This document shows positions 10,805-20,478 of a stretch of 64,000 bases of DNA, piece by piece. Numbering within the stretch: position 1 is the stretch's first letter; every line of letters starts with the position of its first letter. The translations under genes and the position numbers were made by a program. The notes beneath the pieces are model-generated. The model was not told the origin of the DNA. It worked only from the letters and a program-made list of their open reading frames with translations, and searched no databases. The stretch comes from an uncultured delta proteobacterium (GTDB lineage Bacteria; Desulfobacterota; Syntrophia; Syntrophales; UBA5619), in assembly GCA_963817385.1 (NCBI GenBank), contig CAWFOM010000007.1:32001-96000 (forward strand), in the 5' to 3' direction.

Positions 10805-11920
10805 TCAGGAGATGGCGCGCGCGATGGCATCGCCCATCTCTTCGGTCGTCGCCTTTCCCCCCACGTCCGTCGTGAGGACCTTGCCCGTTCCGAGCACCTT
10901 TGCGGTGGCGGCCTCGATCATCCGGGCCGCTCGGGCGAGACGTTTTTCTCCGTGCTCGGAGGCGAGCCAGCGGAGCATCATGGCGCCGGAGAGGATCGTG
11001 GCAATCGGATTGGCGATATTTTTTCCCGCAATCGTAGGGGCCGTACCGTGGGCCGGTTCGAACATCGCCCTGCCGATCCCGATATTGGCGGACGGAGCGA
11101 AGCCGAGGCCGCCGACGAGCCCGGCGCCCAGATCCGACAGGACATCCCCGTGCTGGTTTTCCGCAACGATCACGTCGAACCACTCCGGCTGCTGGAGGAA
11201 GTGAAGGGCCATCGCGTCGACAAACCGGTAATCCCGGTCGATCTTGGGATAGCGTTTGGCGACTTCATTGTAGATCTTTCGGGAGAAGGCCCAGCTGATC
11301 AGCACGTTGCTCTTGTCGACACAGGTGACCCGACGGCGGCCGTCAGCGGGCGCCCCCGCACCGCTCATGGCCAGATCGAAGGCGAAGCGCATGATCCGTT
11401 CGGTTCCCATCCGGGTGACGATGATGGTGTTGACCGCCACGTCGTCGTGGAGGACCGTGCCGCTGTCCCGGGTGGCATAGATCCCCTCGGTGTTTTCCCG
11501 GACGATCGTGAAGCGGATGCTTTCGGCCTTGCGGTTCTTCAACGGCGAGATGCGGCTGTTGAACAAGGTTATCGGGCGGACGCCGGCAAAGAGGTTCATG
11601 GATCTCCGGATATCCCAGGCGAGTGAGATTCCGGTTCCATTCGGCTGCAGGACCTCCGGGAGACCCGTGGCGCCAAAAAAGATCGCATCCGCCTCCCAGC
11701 AGGCCTTCCAGCTCTCCTCCGGAAAGGCGATCCCCGTGTCCCGGTAATGCCCCGCTCCCCCTTTGAGCTCCTCAAACTCCAAATGCGGTTTCCCCGTCAG
11801 CGTGAGGGCTCTCTGAAGGACTTTGACCCCTTCCCGGACCACTTCTGGTCCGACGCCATCTCCGGGAAGCACGGCGATCCGGTATCCTTTTTTCTTCGGT
11901 TTGCTCTTGACCTGCCGCAT
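10805..11920 (-). CDS. Isocitrate/isopropylmalate/tartrate family beta-decarboxylating dehydrogenase
   Basis: LPGDGVGPEV, RENTEG, DKSNV, GDVLSDL, FEPAHGTAP, NP motifs. Confidence 0.9.
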   Translation of the reverse strand: MRQVKSKPKKKGYRIAVLPGDGVGPEVVREGVKVLQRALTLTGKPHLEFEELKGGAGHYRDTGIAFPEESWKACWEADAIFFGATGLPEVLQPNGTGISLAWDIRRSMNLFAGVRPITLFNSRISPLKNRKAESIRFTIVRENTEGIYATRDSGTVLHDDVAVNTIIVTRMGTERIMRFAFDLAMSGAGAPADGRRRVTCVDKSNVLISWAFSRKIYNEVAKRYPKIDRDYRFVDAMALHFLQQPEWFDVIVAENQHGDVLSDLGAGLVGGLGFAPSANIGIGRAMFEPAHGTAPTIAGKNIANPIATILSGAMMLRWLASEHGEKRLARAARMIEAATAKVLGTGKVLTTDVGGKATTEEMGDAIARAIS

Positions 11921-12015
11921 CGGTATCCTCCTTGATATTGTTTTCTTGTGGCTGATGATTCTTCACCTCCGGTCCTCGCAGGCACGGCGATCGACAGCTT
12001 GTTACCTGCGGAGAT

Positions 12016-12044
12016 CCTATATCTCCCCTGCCTTCGCGTGTCAA
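12016..12044 (-). promoter_or_regulatory. Putative sigma70 promoter of the dehydrogenase-aldolase-tctC operon
   Basis: Minus strand TTGACA-N17-TATAGG. Confidence 0.5.
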
Positions 12045-12055
12045 TGATAAATCGA

Positions 12056-12071
12056 TTATATGAGCATATAA
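12056..12071. promoter_or_regulatory. Candidate operator palindrome
   Basis: TTATATG-AG-CATATAA, just upstream of the -35 box. Confidence 0.45.
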
Positions 12072-12201
12072 CGCAATTATCAGCAGGGAGCATTTGGGCA
12101 GTCCATGCGAGATGTTTCCGGCTTTCCCGGGGATGAATCCCCGGAGATCCGACCGTTGGGTTCCTTTCTTTAAGAATAATCAAGCAAGATGGAGCATCTC
12201 G

Positions 12202-13107
12202 TTACGATTTCCGTGCACGGCTCTCCGTCTTCGTTATCCTGGCCTGATCAATGTGGTCGTGCAGGAGAGCAGCCGCGGTAGCCTGCTTTCCCCGCTCCAG
12301 CATCGTGATAATCTCCAGGTGTTCGCGATAGGCATTCAGGCGGGATTCGTCTATCTGAACGCTGTACTCGATCAAACGGCGGAGTCGGTTGATATGCTGA
12401 ATAGCATCGAGAAAGAAACGATTGCCCGAGCAGGAAACGATCTGTTCATGAAAACTGGCGCCGGTTTCGAACAGCCGGAAGGGCATCCTGCTGTTGACGG
12501 GACCGGCAAGAAGGGATTCCTGTTCTTTGCGGAGCCGGGCAAACACCACCGGATCAAGCCGGTAGGTCGGCTCCAGAAGAGCGGCCGGTTCGATGAGCAT
12601 GCGGAATCGGTAACTCTGCTCCATGGCCTCGACGGTGTCGAGGATAGGCGGGAAATTCCAGCCGTGGCCGGGCCGCCGCTCAACCCACCCCTCTTGGGAC
12701 ATGCGCACCAGGATCTTCATGAGCTTGATGCGGCTGATCCCATAGCGGGACATCAACTCCGCCTCCGAGACATGGCCGTGGAGCTTACTCCGGATTCGGT
12801 CTTCGGCCATCCGATAATACGTTTCCTCTTCGGTGGAAACCGGGACGGCGATATTCAGATTCCGGATCTCCATGGCAGGGAGGGCGAGAAAGAAACCCCG
12901 GCGGGGATGAAACACGACGTTCCCTTCCCGTTCCAGGATCATGAGCGCTTCGCGCACGGGCGATCGGGAGACATGAAAAAGATCCGCCAACTTCTGCTCC
13001 ACCAGGTGAGCCCCCATCGGCATGATCTGATCACGCATGTGTTCGACGATCCTGATGGCGAGCTGCGATATGAGGGGTTTGACCGCGGTTCTCTGTTGCT
13101 TTTTCAT
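12202..13107 (-). CDS. GntR family regulator with two wHTH domains and an FCD domain
   Basis: EQKLADLFHVSRSPVREAL, a second SEAELMSRYGISR..GWVERRPGHGW, then FHEQIV..SGN..EH of FCD. Confidence 0.88.
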   Translation of the reverse strand: MKKQQRTAVKPLISQLAIRIVEHMRDQIMPMGAHLVEQKLADLFHVSRSPVREALMILEREGNVVFHPRRGFFLALPAMEIRNLNIAVPVSTEEETYYRMAEDRIRSKLHGHVSEAELMSRYGISRIKLMKILVRMSQEGWVERRPGHGWNFPPILDTVEAMEQSYRFRMLIEPAALLEPTYRLDPVVFARLRKEQESLLAGPVNSRMPFRLFETGASFHEQIVSCSGNRFFLDAIQHINRLRRLIEYSVQIDESRLNAYREHLEIITMLERGKQATAAALLHDHIDQARITKTESRARKS

Positions 13108-13383
13108 AACCTGATCATATAAAACATCCGTGATAAAAGTACAAGGATACTTTGCAGGCGGGTAAGGTTTTCCATTCGTCAACCTCTATGAGTGATGTTA
13201 TTCCCCCGATAATTATGATATGAGAAAACCCGTTATGTTATTTGAGGGCCGGGGCCGCCGGATACACGGTTGAAATAATGCGGCATCGCAGGGAAACCAG
13301 GCGGTAAAGCAGAGAAGAAATCAACTCAATCATTTTTTCCAGCGACTCCGCATGAAAGCGGGTCTTTACAGGAGGGGTTTGAA

Positions 13384-14607
13384 ATGGTTAAACAATTTTT
13401 ATGTAGGGCGGATGCACGGAAATGTTCATTGTCGCAGCATGAGCTCGAGCGGCGGTGGAAGGGGTTGCGCGAGCGGATGGCCGCACAAAGAATCGACTAC
13501 CTGGTGGTCCAGAGCCAGAACCGGGGCGTCGGCGGATACTTCCGCTGGTTCACCGATTTGCCGGGCGGGAATTACCCCAACGCCGCGGTCTTCCCGCTGG
13601 AGGGCGACATGGCGATCATCTCGCACGGCCCGGCATCGCCGGCGCCGCCGGCCAACCCGCCCGACTGGGCGCTTCGCGGCGGAAAGGTGAAGTTCAACAC
13701 GCCGGCCTTTCCCAACGTGTGGTGGGAAGACGCCTGGGATGCGGATAAGGCGGTGGAATTCATGCTCCGGAAGAAGCCCCGGAAGGTCGGGCTCGTGGGG
13801 CTGGGGAATATGTCCGCGGCGCTCTACGAAAACGTGAAGAAGGGTCTCAAGGGGGTCGAGGTCGTCAACGCCACCGATCTGGTCGATGAACTCAGGATGG
13901 TCAAGAGCGAGGAGGAGCTCTTACTTCACCGGGAAGCCGCCTACATGCACGAGATGAGCTATGAGGTGGCCAAGGAGGCGATCGAGCCGGGAAGAACCAT
14001 CGAGGAGGTCATGCAGGAGATCCGGTTCGCACAGATGGAGGCGGGGAGCGAAGAACAGCAGGTGGCCATCGCATTCGGCCGGCCGGGAGAACCCCACCAC
14101 CCGGGGCAGATGAGCTGGGGCAACACCTTCATCCGGCGGAAACTTCGGGAGGGCGACATCGTCAACCTCCTGGTGGAATCGAGCATGGCAGGCGGCTACT
14201 GGTACGATCTGCGGCGCTTCCTCTCTATCGGTCCCGTTCCGGCGGCCTACCGGGAGGCGTGGGAGATCGCCAAGGAGGCGCGGGCCATCATGACGGAAAA
14301 CTGCAAGCCCGGATTGCTGCCGGGGGTGGCCGTGAAGGCCTGCGACAAATTTCTCAAAAGCAAGGGATGTCCTCCGGAAGTCCGGGTATCGGGGCATGGA
14401 CAAGGGTTGGATCTCGTGGAAAGGCCCGTTTTCCTGAAAGATGAGGTCTGCAAGCTCGAGGTCGGAATGGTCGTCTGCCTCCATCCCACGGCCAAAACGA
14501 AGCACGCCGCGGTATGCCTCTCGGATACCTACGTTGTCACCGAATCAGGGGCGGTTCCCCTGTACAAAAACCTGTTCGATGACGACGAAATCGCGGTGGT
14601 CGGTTAA
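13384..14607 (+). CDS. M24 (Xaa-Pro peptidase/creatinase) fold protein
   Basis: N-terminal creatinase-like domain, LRMVKSEEE, GYWYDLRR, GHGQG. Confidence 0.85.
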   Translation: MVKQFLCRADARKCSLSQHELERRWKGLRERMAAQRIDYLVVQSQNRGVGGYFRWFTDLPGGNYPNAAVFPLEGDMAIISHGPASPAPPANPPDWALRGGKVKFNTPAFPNVWWEDAWDADKAVEFMLRKKPRKVGLVGLGNMSAALYENVKKGLKGVEVVNATDLVDELRMVKSEEELLLHREAAYMHEMSYEVAKEAIEPGRTIEEVMQEIRFAQMEAGSEEQQVAIAFGRPGEPHHPGQMSWGNTFIRRKLREGDIVNLLVESSMAGGYWYDLRRFLSIGPVPAAYREAWEIAKEARAIMTENCKPGLLPGVAVKACDKFLKSKGCPPEVRVSGHGQGLDLVERPVFLKDEVCKLEVGMVVCLHPTAKTKHAAVCLSDTYVVTESGAVPLYKNLFDDDEIAVVG

Positions 14608-14662
14608 CCGTTACTATCTTGATGCGATACTCGATTTACTTCCGGTTCGTCCGGGAGGGGGG

Positions 14663-15637
14663 ATGATGAAAATCGCTGTGGCGCACGGATTCGGGCTTGC
14701 CGAGGAAGCCCTGGCCGTGATGAAGGAAGTAGCTCAGGTCACGTTTCCCCGGGACGACTCGGATGCGGCGCTCTTGGCCGAAGTCCGGGATGCGAATACT
14801 CTCCTGGTAAGTATCAGGCCCGCCATAAGCAGGAGCCTCATCGAGTCGGCCGGCCGATTGAGGCACATCGCCCGATTGGGCGTGGGGGTAGACAGCGTCG
14901 ACCTGCAGGCGGCGACGGAGCGCGGAATCTTCGTCACCAACGTCCCCGATGTAACGGTGGATTCCGTAGCCGAGTTTACCATGACGCTGTTGTTGTCGCT
15001 GGCCAAAAACATCGTCCGCTGCGACCGGGCGGTCAAAGAGAACCGGTGGGTTGAGAGGCTCGATCTGATTCATGAAAATATCGAGCTGTGCGGTAAGACG
15101 CATGGGATCGTCGGTTTGGGGCGGATCGGCAGCAGGGTGGCTGTCCGGTGCAGGGCGTTTGGCATGAGGGTTCTTTACTACAAGCGAAATCGAGACCCGG
15201 CACTCGAACAATCCGCAGGGGTGGAGTACGCGCCCTTTGAGACCTTGCTCCGGGAATCCGACAGTATCAGCCTGCACCTCCCTCTGACGAAGGAGACAAC
15301 GAACCTGATTGATGAATCGCGGTTCGAATCGATGAAGCGAACGGCCCTCCTGATCAACCAGGCCAGGGGCAAGGTGGTGAATGAAGAAGCCCTTGTCAGG
15401 GCGCTTAGGGAAGGGAGAATCGGAGGCTATGCTACCGATGTGTACGCGCACGAACCTCCGGACCCGAAGAGCGAGCTCTTCGGGTTTAGGAACGTGGTCG
15501 CTACACCCCACCTGGGCGGGGGAACCCGCGAAGCCCGCCTCCGGGCCAACATGGCGGTCGCCGAGGACGTGCTCAGGGTCATCCGCGGTGAAATACCGAA
15601 GAACCTGGTGAACCGTGAGGTTCTGGAGAGAAGATAA
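14663..15637 (+). CDS. D-isomer-specific 2-hydroxyacid dehydrogenase
   Basis: GVGVDSVD, GLGRIG, INQARG, DVYAHEP, TPHLGG. Confidence 0.9.
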   Translation: MMKIAVAHGFGLAEEALAVMKEVAQVTFPRDDSDAALLAEVRDANTLLVSIRPAISRSLIESAGRLRHIARLGVGVDSVDLQAATERGIFVTNVPDVTVDSVAEFTMTLLLSLAKNIVRCDRAVKENRWVERLDLIHENIELCGKTHGIVGLGRIGSRVAVRCRAFGMRVLYYKRNRDPALEQSAGVEYAPFETLLRESDSISLHLPLTKETTNLIDESRFESMKRTALLINQARGKVVNEEALVRALREGRIGGYATDVYAHEPPDPKSELFGFRNVVATPHLGGGTREARLRANMAVAEDVLRVIRGEIPKNLVNREVLERR

Positions 15638-15713
15638 GGATCAATCTCGATGAGATGGAAAAAGCATCCCGATTCCGGGCAGGTGATGCCCGTCTTTTGA
15701 AAGGAGATTTGCC

Positions 15714-16781
15714 ATGAAGGGAAACGTCACGAGCGGACGGGGGGCGGTGCTAAACGGATTCGGCCATCAGGGAACGTGCCTTCACCGCAACATGGCGGCA
15801 CGGGGGGTGGTGAGGATGGTCTGTGCGATGGCTGTCACGATTCTTCTGATGGTTGGCGCGACGGTTGCGCCGGTCTGCGCGCAGACGTATCCAAACAGGC
15901 CGGTGCGCTTCGTCCTGCCGTTTCCGCCGGGCGGGCCGACCGATATTCTCGGGCGCATCATCGGACAGAAACTTGCCGAGAGGCTGGGTCAGCCGGTGGT
16001 GCCTGAAAACCGTCCCGGCGCCGGCGGCAACATAGGTCTTGAAATAGGGGCGAAGGCGAAACCGGACGGATACACCATCGTTCTGGCTTCACCGTCGCTC
16101 TCGATCAGCCCGACCCTCTACAAGAAGCTCAACTATGATTCGGTCAAGGATTTTGCGCCGATCTCCCTGGTTGCGGAGATTCCCAACGTGCTGCTCGTCC
16201 CTCCCTCGCTTCCGGTCAAAAGCCTTAAGGAACTGATCGAATACGCGAAAGCCAACCCGGGCAAACTCAACTTCGGTTCAGGCGGCATCGGCACGTCGAA
16301 CCATCTCGCCAGCGAACTCTTCAAGACCCTCGCAAAAGTCAGTATCATGCATGTGCCGTATAAGGGGTCGAACCAGGCGATGATCGCCATGATGGGGGGC
16401 GAGGTCGGCATGGTGGTGATCGGTCTCCCGTCGTCGCAGGCACAGATCCAGGCCGGCAAGGTGCGGGCGCTTGCGGTGCTGAGCGAGCAGCGTCTGCCGT
16501 CGCTTCCTGACGTGCCGACGGCGAGGGAGGCCGGTATGAACAACTTCGAGGTGACCACCTGGTACGGCATCCTCGCACCCGCCGGAACCCCCCGCGACAT
16601 CGTAACCCGCCTGAACGCTGAGTGGGGCAATATCACGGCGATGCCCGACACCAAAGAGAAGATGCGGAGCGCCGGATTCGAGCCAATGTCAGGCACACCT
16701 GAACAGTTCGGAGAATTCATCAAAACGGAGATCGTGCGCTGGGGAAAAGTCATCAGGGACGCCAACTTGAATATCGAATAG
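15714..16781 (+). CDS. tctC: Orphan TctC/Bug substrate-binding protein
   Basis: YPNRPVRFVLPFPPGGPTD, ENRPGAGG, HVPYKG, LPDVPT. Confidence 0.92.
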   Translation: MKGNVTSGRGAVLNGFGHQGTCLHRNMAARGVVRMVCAMAVTILLMVGATVAPVCAQTYPNRPVRFVLPFPPGGPTDILGRIIGQKLAERLGQPVVPENRPGAGGNIGLEIGAKAKPDGYTIVLASPSLSISPTLYKKLNYDSVKDFAPISLVAEIPNVLLVPPSLPVKSLKELIEYAKANPGKLNFGSGGIGTSNHLASELFKTLAKVSIMHVPYKGSNQAMIAMMGGEVGMVVIGLPSSQAQIQAGKVRALAVLSEQRLPSLPDVPTAREAGMNNFEVTTWYGILAPAGTPRDIVTRLNAEWGNITAMPDTKEKMRSAGFEPMSGTPEQFGEFIKTEIVRWGKVIRDANLNIE

Positions 16782-16852
16782 GGGCATCTGAATGAGCAAC
16801 GTTCCGAACGCGCCAACCGCAATTCGTTGAATGAACATCGGAGGTAGTTATC

Positions 16853-18538
16853 GTGAGTGAAAAAAGGACAGGAGCACGTTTTTTAGCCGAGACTTTCAAA
16901 GGATATGGAGTAACCCATGTCTTTTTTGTCGAGGCGATTCTGAGAAAAACCCTTGTAGAATTGGAAGATTTAGGTATCCGGCGGGTACTGACCCATTCCG
17001 AAAAGGCCGCCGCCTACATGGCGGACGGCTACGCCCGGGTGACAAAAAGACCGGGGATCTGCATGGCGCAGTCTGTCGGGGCGGCCAACCTGGCCTCGGG
17101 ACTCCAGGATCCCTACCTGGGTTCATCGCCTGTCATCGCACTAACCGGGAAGAAACCCCCTCTTTGGCAGAACCGCAATTCCTACCAGGAAATTGATCAC
17201 ATGCCGCTCTTCGCGGCGGTGACCAAATACAATGTCACTGTCGATACCGCGGATCAGCTTCCCTACTATGTCCGACAGGCGTTCCGTGAAGCAACGTCGG
17301 GTTGTCCCCGGCCGGTGCACCTGGATATCTCCGGGGGCTACACCGGAGGGGGGGTTGAATCCTCCGAGGGGAATTACCCGGTGATCATCGAAGAGAAGTT
17401 CACCCATTTTCCCGCCTTCCGGCCGGAACCGGAAGCGGACGCCGTCCGGAAAGCCGTCGAACTCCTGCAGAAGGCGGAGCGCCCCGTGATCGTCGCCGGA
17501 GGGGGGGCGCGCTCTTCGGGGGCCGGACCGGAAATCGTTGAGATTGCCGAGCGGCTTTCCCTCCCCGTAGCCACATCGCTCGACGGCAAGGATGTCATCA
17601 TCGATGCCCATCCGCTGAATGTGGGGATCGTCGGCTCCTACTCGCGATGGTGCGCCAACCGCGTCGTCTCCGAAGCGGATCTCGTCCTCTACGTCGGGAG
17701 CCATACGGGAGACCAGGTGTCCAATGACTGGACGGTTCCACGGATCGGCACATCCGTCATTCAGATCGACATCGATCCGTCCGAGTTGGGAAGGAGTTAT
17801 TCCAACAGCGTATCCCTCCTGGGGGACGCCAAGATCACCCTTCGGCGGATGATCGGGCTCATCAAGGAAAAACGCAGCAACCAGAAATGGACCGAGCGCG
17901 CACAAGAGCTGCTGCTCGAATGGCGCAAAGAGGTGGAACCCCAGTGCCGGTCGGCGGCCAAACCGATTCGAACGGAAAGGCTGTGCCGGGAGATCGGTGA
18001 TGCGTTTCCCGCCGACGGGATACTGGTGTCCGACACCGGTTTCGCCGGAATCTGGACGGGCGCCATGGTTAACTTCAACGATCCCGGCCAGAGTTATATC
18101 CGGGCAGCCGGTTCTCTCGGCTGGGCATTTCCGGCTGCGATTGGCGCCAAATGCGGGGCTCCCGACAGACCGGTGGTCTGTTTCATCGGTGACGGCGGGT
18201 TCTATTACCACTTGACCGAGCTTGAGACCGCCAGCCGCTGCGGAATCAATGTGGTGACCGTAATCAACAACAACCAATTCCTGAGACAGTGCGTCGATGG
18301 GATCAACCAGGCCTACGGCGACAGGCCGGGAAACCGCGACGAGCAGTGCAAATTTTCTAAAACCGACTTCGCAAAGATCGCCGAGGATATGGGTTGCGTC
18401 GGGATCAGGGTGGAAAATCCCGAGGATATCGCCGGGGCTTTCAAAAAGGCCTTGTCTCTGAACAAGCCGGTGGTGGTGGATGTGGTCACCGATCCCGCAT
18501 GCAGGGCCCCGGGCCCCTGGACGCCGCCCGTCAAATAA
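16853..18538 (+). CDS. Thiamine diphosphate-dependent enzyme, acetolactate synthase/carboligase-like
   Basis: HSEKAAAYMADGYAR, FAD domain (QIDIDP), GDGGF...NN motif. Confidence 0.9.
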   Translation: MSEKRTGARFLAETFKGYGVTHVFFVEAILRKTLVELEDLGIRRVLTHSEKAAAYMADGYARVTKRPGICMAQSVGAANLASGLQDPYLGSSPVIALTGKKPPLWQNRNSYQEIDHMPLFAAVTKYNVTVDTADQLPYYVRQAFREATSGCPRPVHLDISGGYTGGGVESSEGNYPVIIEEKFTHFPAFRPEPEADAVRKAVELLQKAERPVIVAGGGARSSGAGPEIVEIAERLSLPVATSLDGKDVIIDAHPLNVGIVGSYSRWCANRVVSEADLVLYVGSHTGDQVSNDWTVPRIGTSVIQIDIDPSELGRSYSNSVSLLGDAKITLRRMIGLIKEKRSNQKWTERAQELLLEWRKEVEPQCRSAAKPIRTERLCREIGDAFPADGILVSDTGFAGIWTGAMVNFNDPGQSYIRAAGSLGWAFPAAIGAKCGAPDRPVVCFIGDGGFYYHLTELETASRCGINVVTVINNNQFLRQCVDGINQAYGDRPGNRDEQCKFSKTDFAKIAEDMGCVGIRVENPEDIAGAFKKALSLNKPVVVDVVTDPACRAPGPWTPPVK

Positions 18539-18667
18539 CGACAGCCGAGAAATGAGGAATCCAGAACGATATGCGGCGCTTTGTTTTTATCCTTCGTGCA
18601 CAAATCGTACAAATCAGGGATAGCATGAACGATCCGATAAAGAGAGAAAGGAGGATTTTCAGGAGTG

Positions 18668-19114
18668 ATGAAAACGAGAAGAGTGGTTACCGGTCACAAT
18701 AAGGACGGGCGAAGTGTGGTCAAATGGGATTCCGAACTGGAAAGCAAGCCGGGCAGGGAACGCTTTGAAAAAGTCGACTTATGGGCGACGGACAGTCTGC
18801 CGGCACACCTGACCGAAGACGATCCAACCCAATGGAATCTGGGGACCAGCCTGGCGAATGGATCCGTATTCCGCCTCTGCCGCTATGAACCGGGAGTTGC
18901 CGAGCGCTGGCATCGAACCGACTCGCTCGATTACGCCATTGTCCTTTCCGGAGAGCTGTGGATGCAGCTCGATGAGGGAGAGGTCCATTTGAAGGCCGGC
19001 GACATCGTTATCCAAAGGGGAACCATCCATAACTGGGTCAATCGGGGGACTCAGCCGTGTGTGATGGCTTTTATTTTAATCGCAACGGAAGGGGGCGCGT
19101 CGACGGGTTGGTAA
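18668..19114 (+). CDS. Cupin domain protein
   Basis: RRVVTGH, HRTDSLDY, GDIVIQRGTIHNW. Confidence 0.88.
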   Translation: MKTRRVVTGHNKDGRSVVKWDSELESKPGRERFEKVDLWATDSLPAHLTEDDPTQWNLGTSLANGSVFRLCRYEPGVAERWHRTDSLDYAIVLSGELWMQLDEGEVHLKAGDIVIQRGTIHNWVNRGTQPCVMAFILIATEGGASTGW

Positions 19115-19221
19115 CAAGATCTTTGCATCCGCTTCAAGCCGACTTCGACCGATCATCTTGAAGCATTATTCCGCCAGCCGGATAAAAAATATCAGGCGGT
19201 CTTTCAGCAAGGAGACAGAGA

Positions 19222-20343
19222 GTGAAAATACAGGATGTGGCATCATTTCCAGTCAGTTGCCGATTGAGCAGGCCTTTTGCGAATAGTGCCGAGAGCCATC
19301 AGAGCCGATCCACCACCCTGGTCAAAATCACCACGGATGAAGGCGTCACCGGATGGGGTGAAGCGTATGGTCCGCCCTTGGGTATCAGCCGGTTCATCCA
19401 AACCTATCTGAAACCGAGGTTGATCGGCCAGGACCCGTTTCGTCTTGAGTATCTCTGGTTCAAGCTGCAAACTCACAAAGGGATTCCCAAAGGGGCTATG
19501 GGCGGTATCGACCTGGCGTTGTGGGATGTGAAAGCCCGGGCTTTGAACGTACCGGTCTATGAATTGTTGGGTGGCAGGAATACCCCGGTGATTACGCCGT
19601 ATGCGACCGGTTTCTTCTTGAACGAGGATGACCCGGACTCAACAAAATATCTGGAGGCGGAGGTAGAGGAAGTACAAAGCAGAAAATTCCGCGCCCTGAA
19701 AATGAAAATAGGTTTCGGAAAGGACCGCGATATAAAGCGAATGAAACGGGTTCGCGAACTTGTGTCCGATGAGATCGATATGATGGTGGATGCCAATCAG
19801 GCCTACGATTTTATGACCTGCATGGAACTCGTTCCCACGTTGACGGATTTGAAAATCCGGTGGCTGGAAGAGCCCATGCCCTGGCAAAGCTTCGATGGGT
19901 ATAAAGAGCTTCGGAAAAAGGTCTCTTTTGCCATTGCGGGTGGAGAAGCAGAGTCCGATTACCGGGGATTTGTCGAGGCGATCCGGGAACATGTCGTGGA
20001 TGTCATCCAGCCTGATCTGGCCGCTTCCGGGGGACTTACGAATTCCCGCCGCGTGGCCATCCTGGCCGAAGCCTTTCAGGTTGATTTCCAGCCTCACGTG
20101 TTTGGGACAATCCTGGCACTCCCCGCAGCTGTGCAACTGATGGCCTCAGTAACGAATAACCAACCCTGGATGCTCTTTCCGCGTCCGGTATTGCTGGAAT
20201 GGGACACAACCCCCAATCCGATGGCGACGGATTTACTGAAAAACCCCCTGCGGTTGACGGAAGGGCTGCTCCCGGTCCCCGAGGGGATCGGCATCGGGGT
20301 AGAGGTAAACGAAGAAGCGATAAAAAATTATCTGATAGAATAA
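19222..20343 (+). CDS. Mandelate racemase/muconate lactonising enzyme family, resembling D-galactarolactone cycloisomerase
   Basis: GWGE, YATG, KMKIG, VDAN, WLEEP, AGGE, QPD, PHVFGT, LEWDTTPNP. Confidence 0.85.
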   Translation: MKIQDVASFPVSCRLSRPFANSAESHQSRSTTLVKITTDEGVTGWGEAYGPPLGISRFIQTYLKPRLIGQDPFRLEYLWFKLQTHKGIPKGAMGGIDLALWDVKARALNVPVYELLGGRNTPVITPYATGFFLNEDDPDSTKYLEAEVEEVQSRKFRALKMKIGFGKDRDIKRMKRVRELVSDEIDMMVDANQAYDFMTCMELVPTLTDLKIRWLEEPMPWQSFDGYKELRKKVSFAIAGGEAESDYRGFVEAIREHVVDVIQPDLAASGGLTNSRRVAILAEAFQVDFQPHVFGTILALPAAVQLMASVTNNQPWMLFPRPVLLEWDTTPNPMATDLLKNPLRLTEGLLPVPEGIGIGVEVNEEAIKNYLIE

Positions 20344-20478
20344 TCGTCAACCAAATATACACCGGGATGCCCTTCCGCCGATTAGGCCCGACAACTTTGC
20401 TTGGCATGACGCCGGTCACTCTCGACTGGGCGCCCAAGGTCGCGTTTCCGTTTTTCTTATACCGCCGGGAGAATATCA

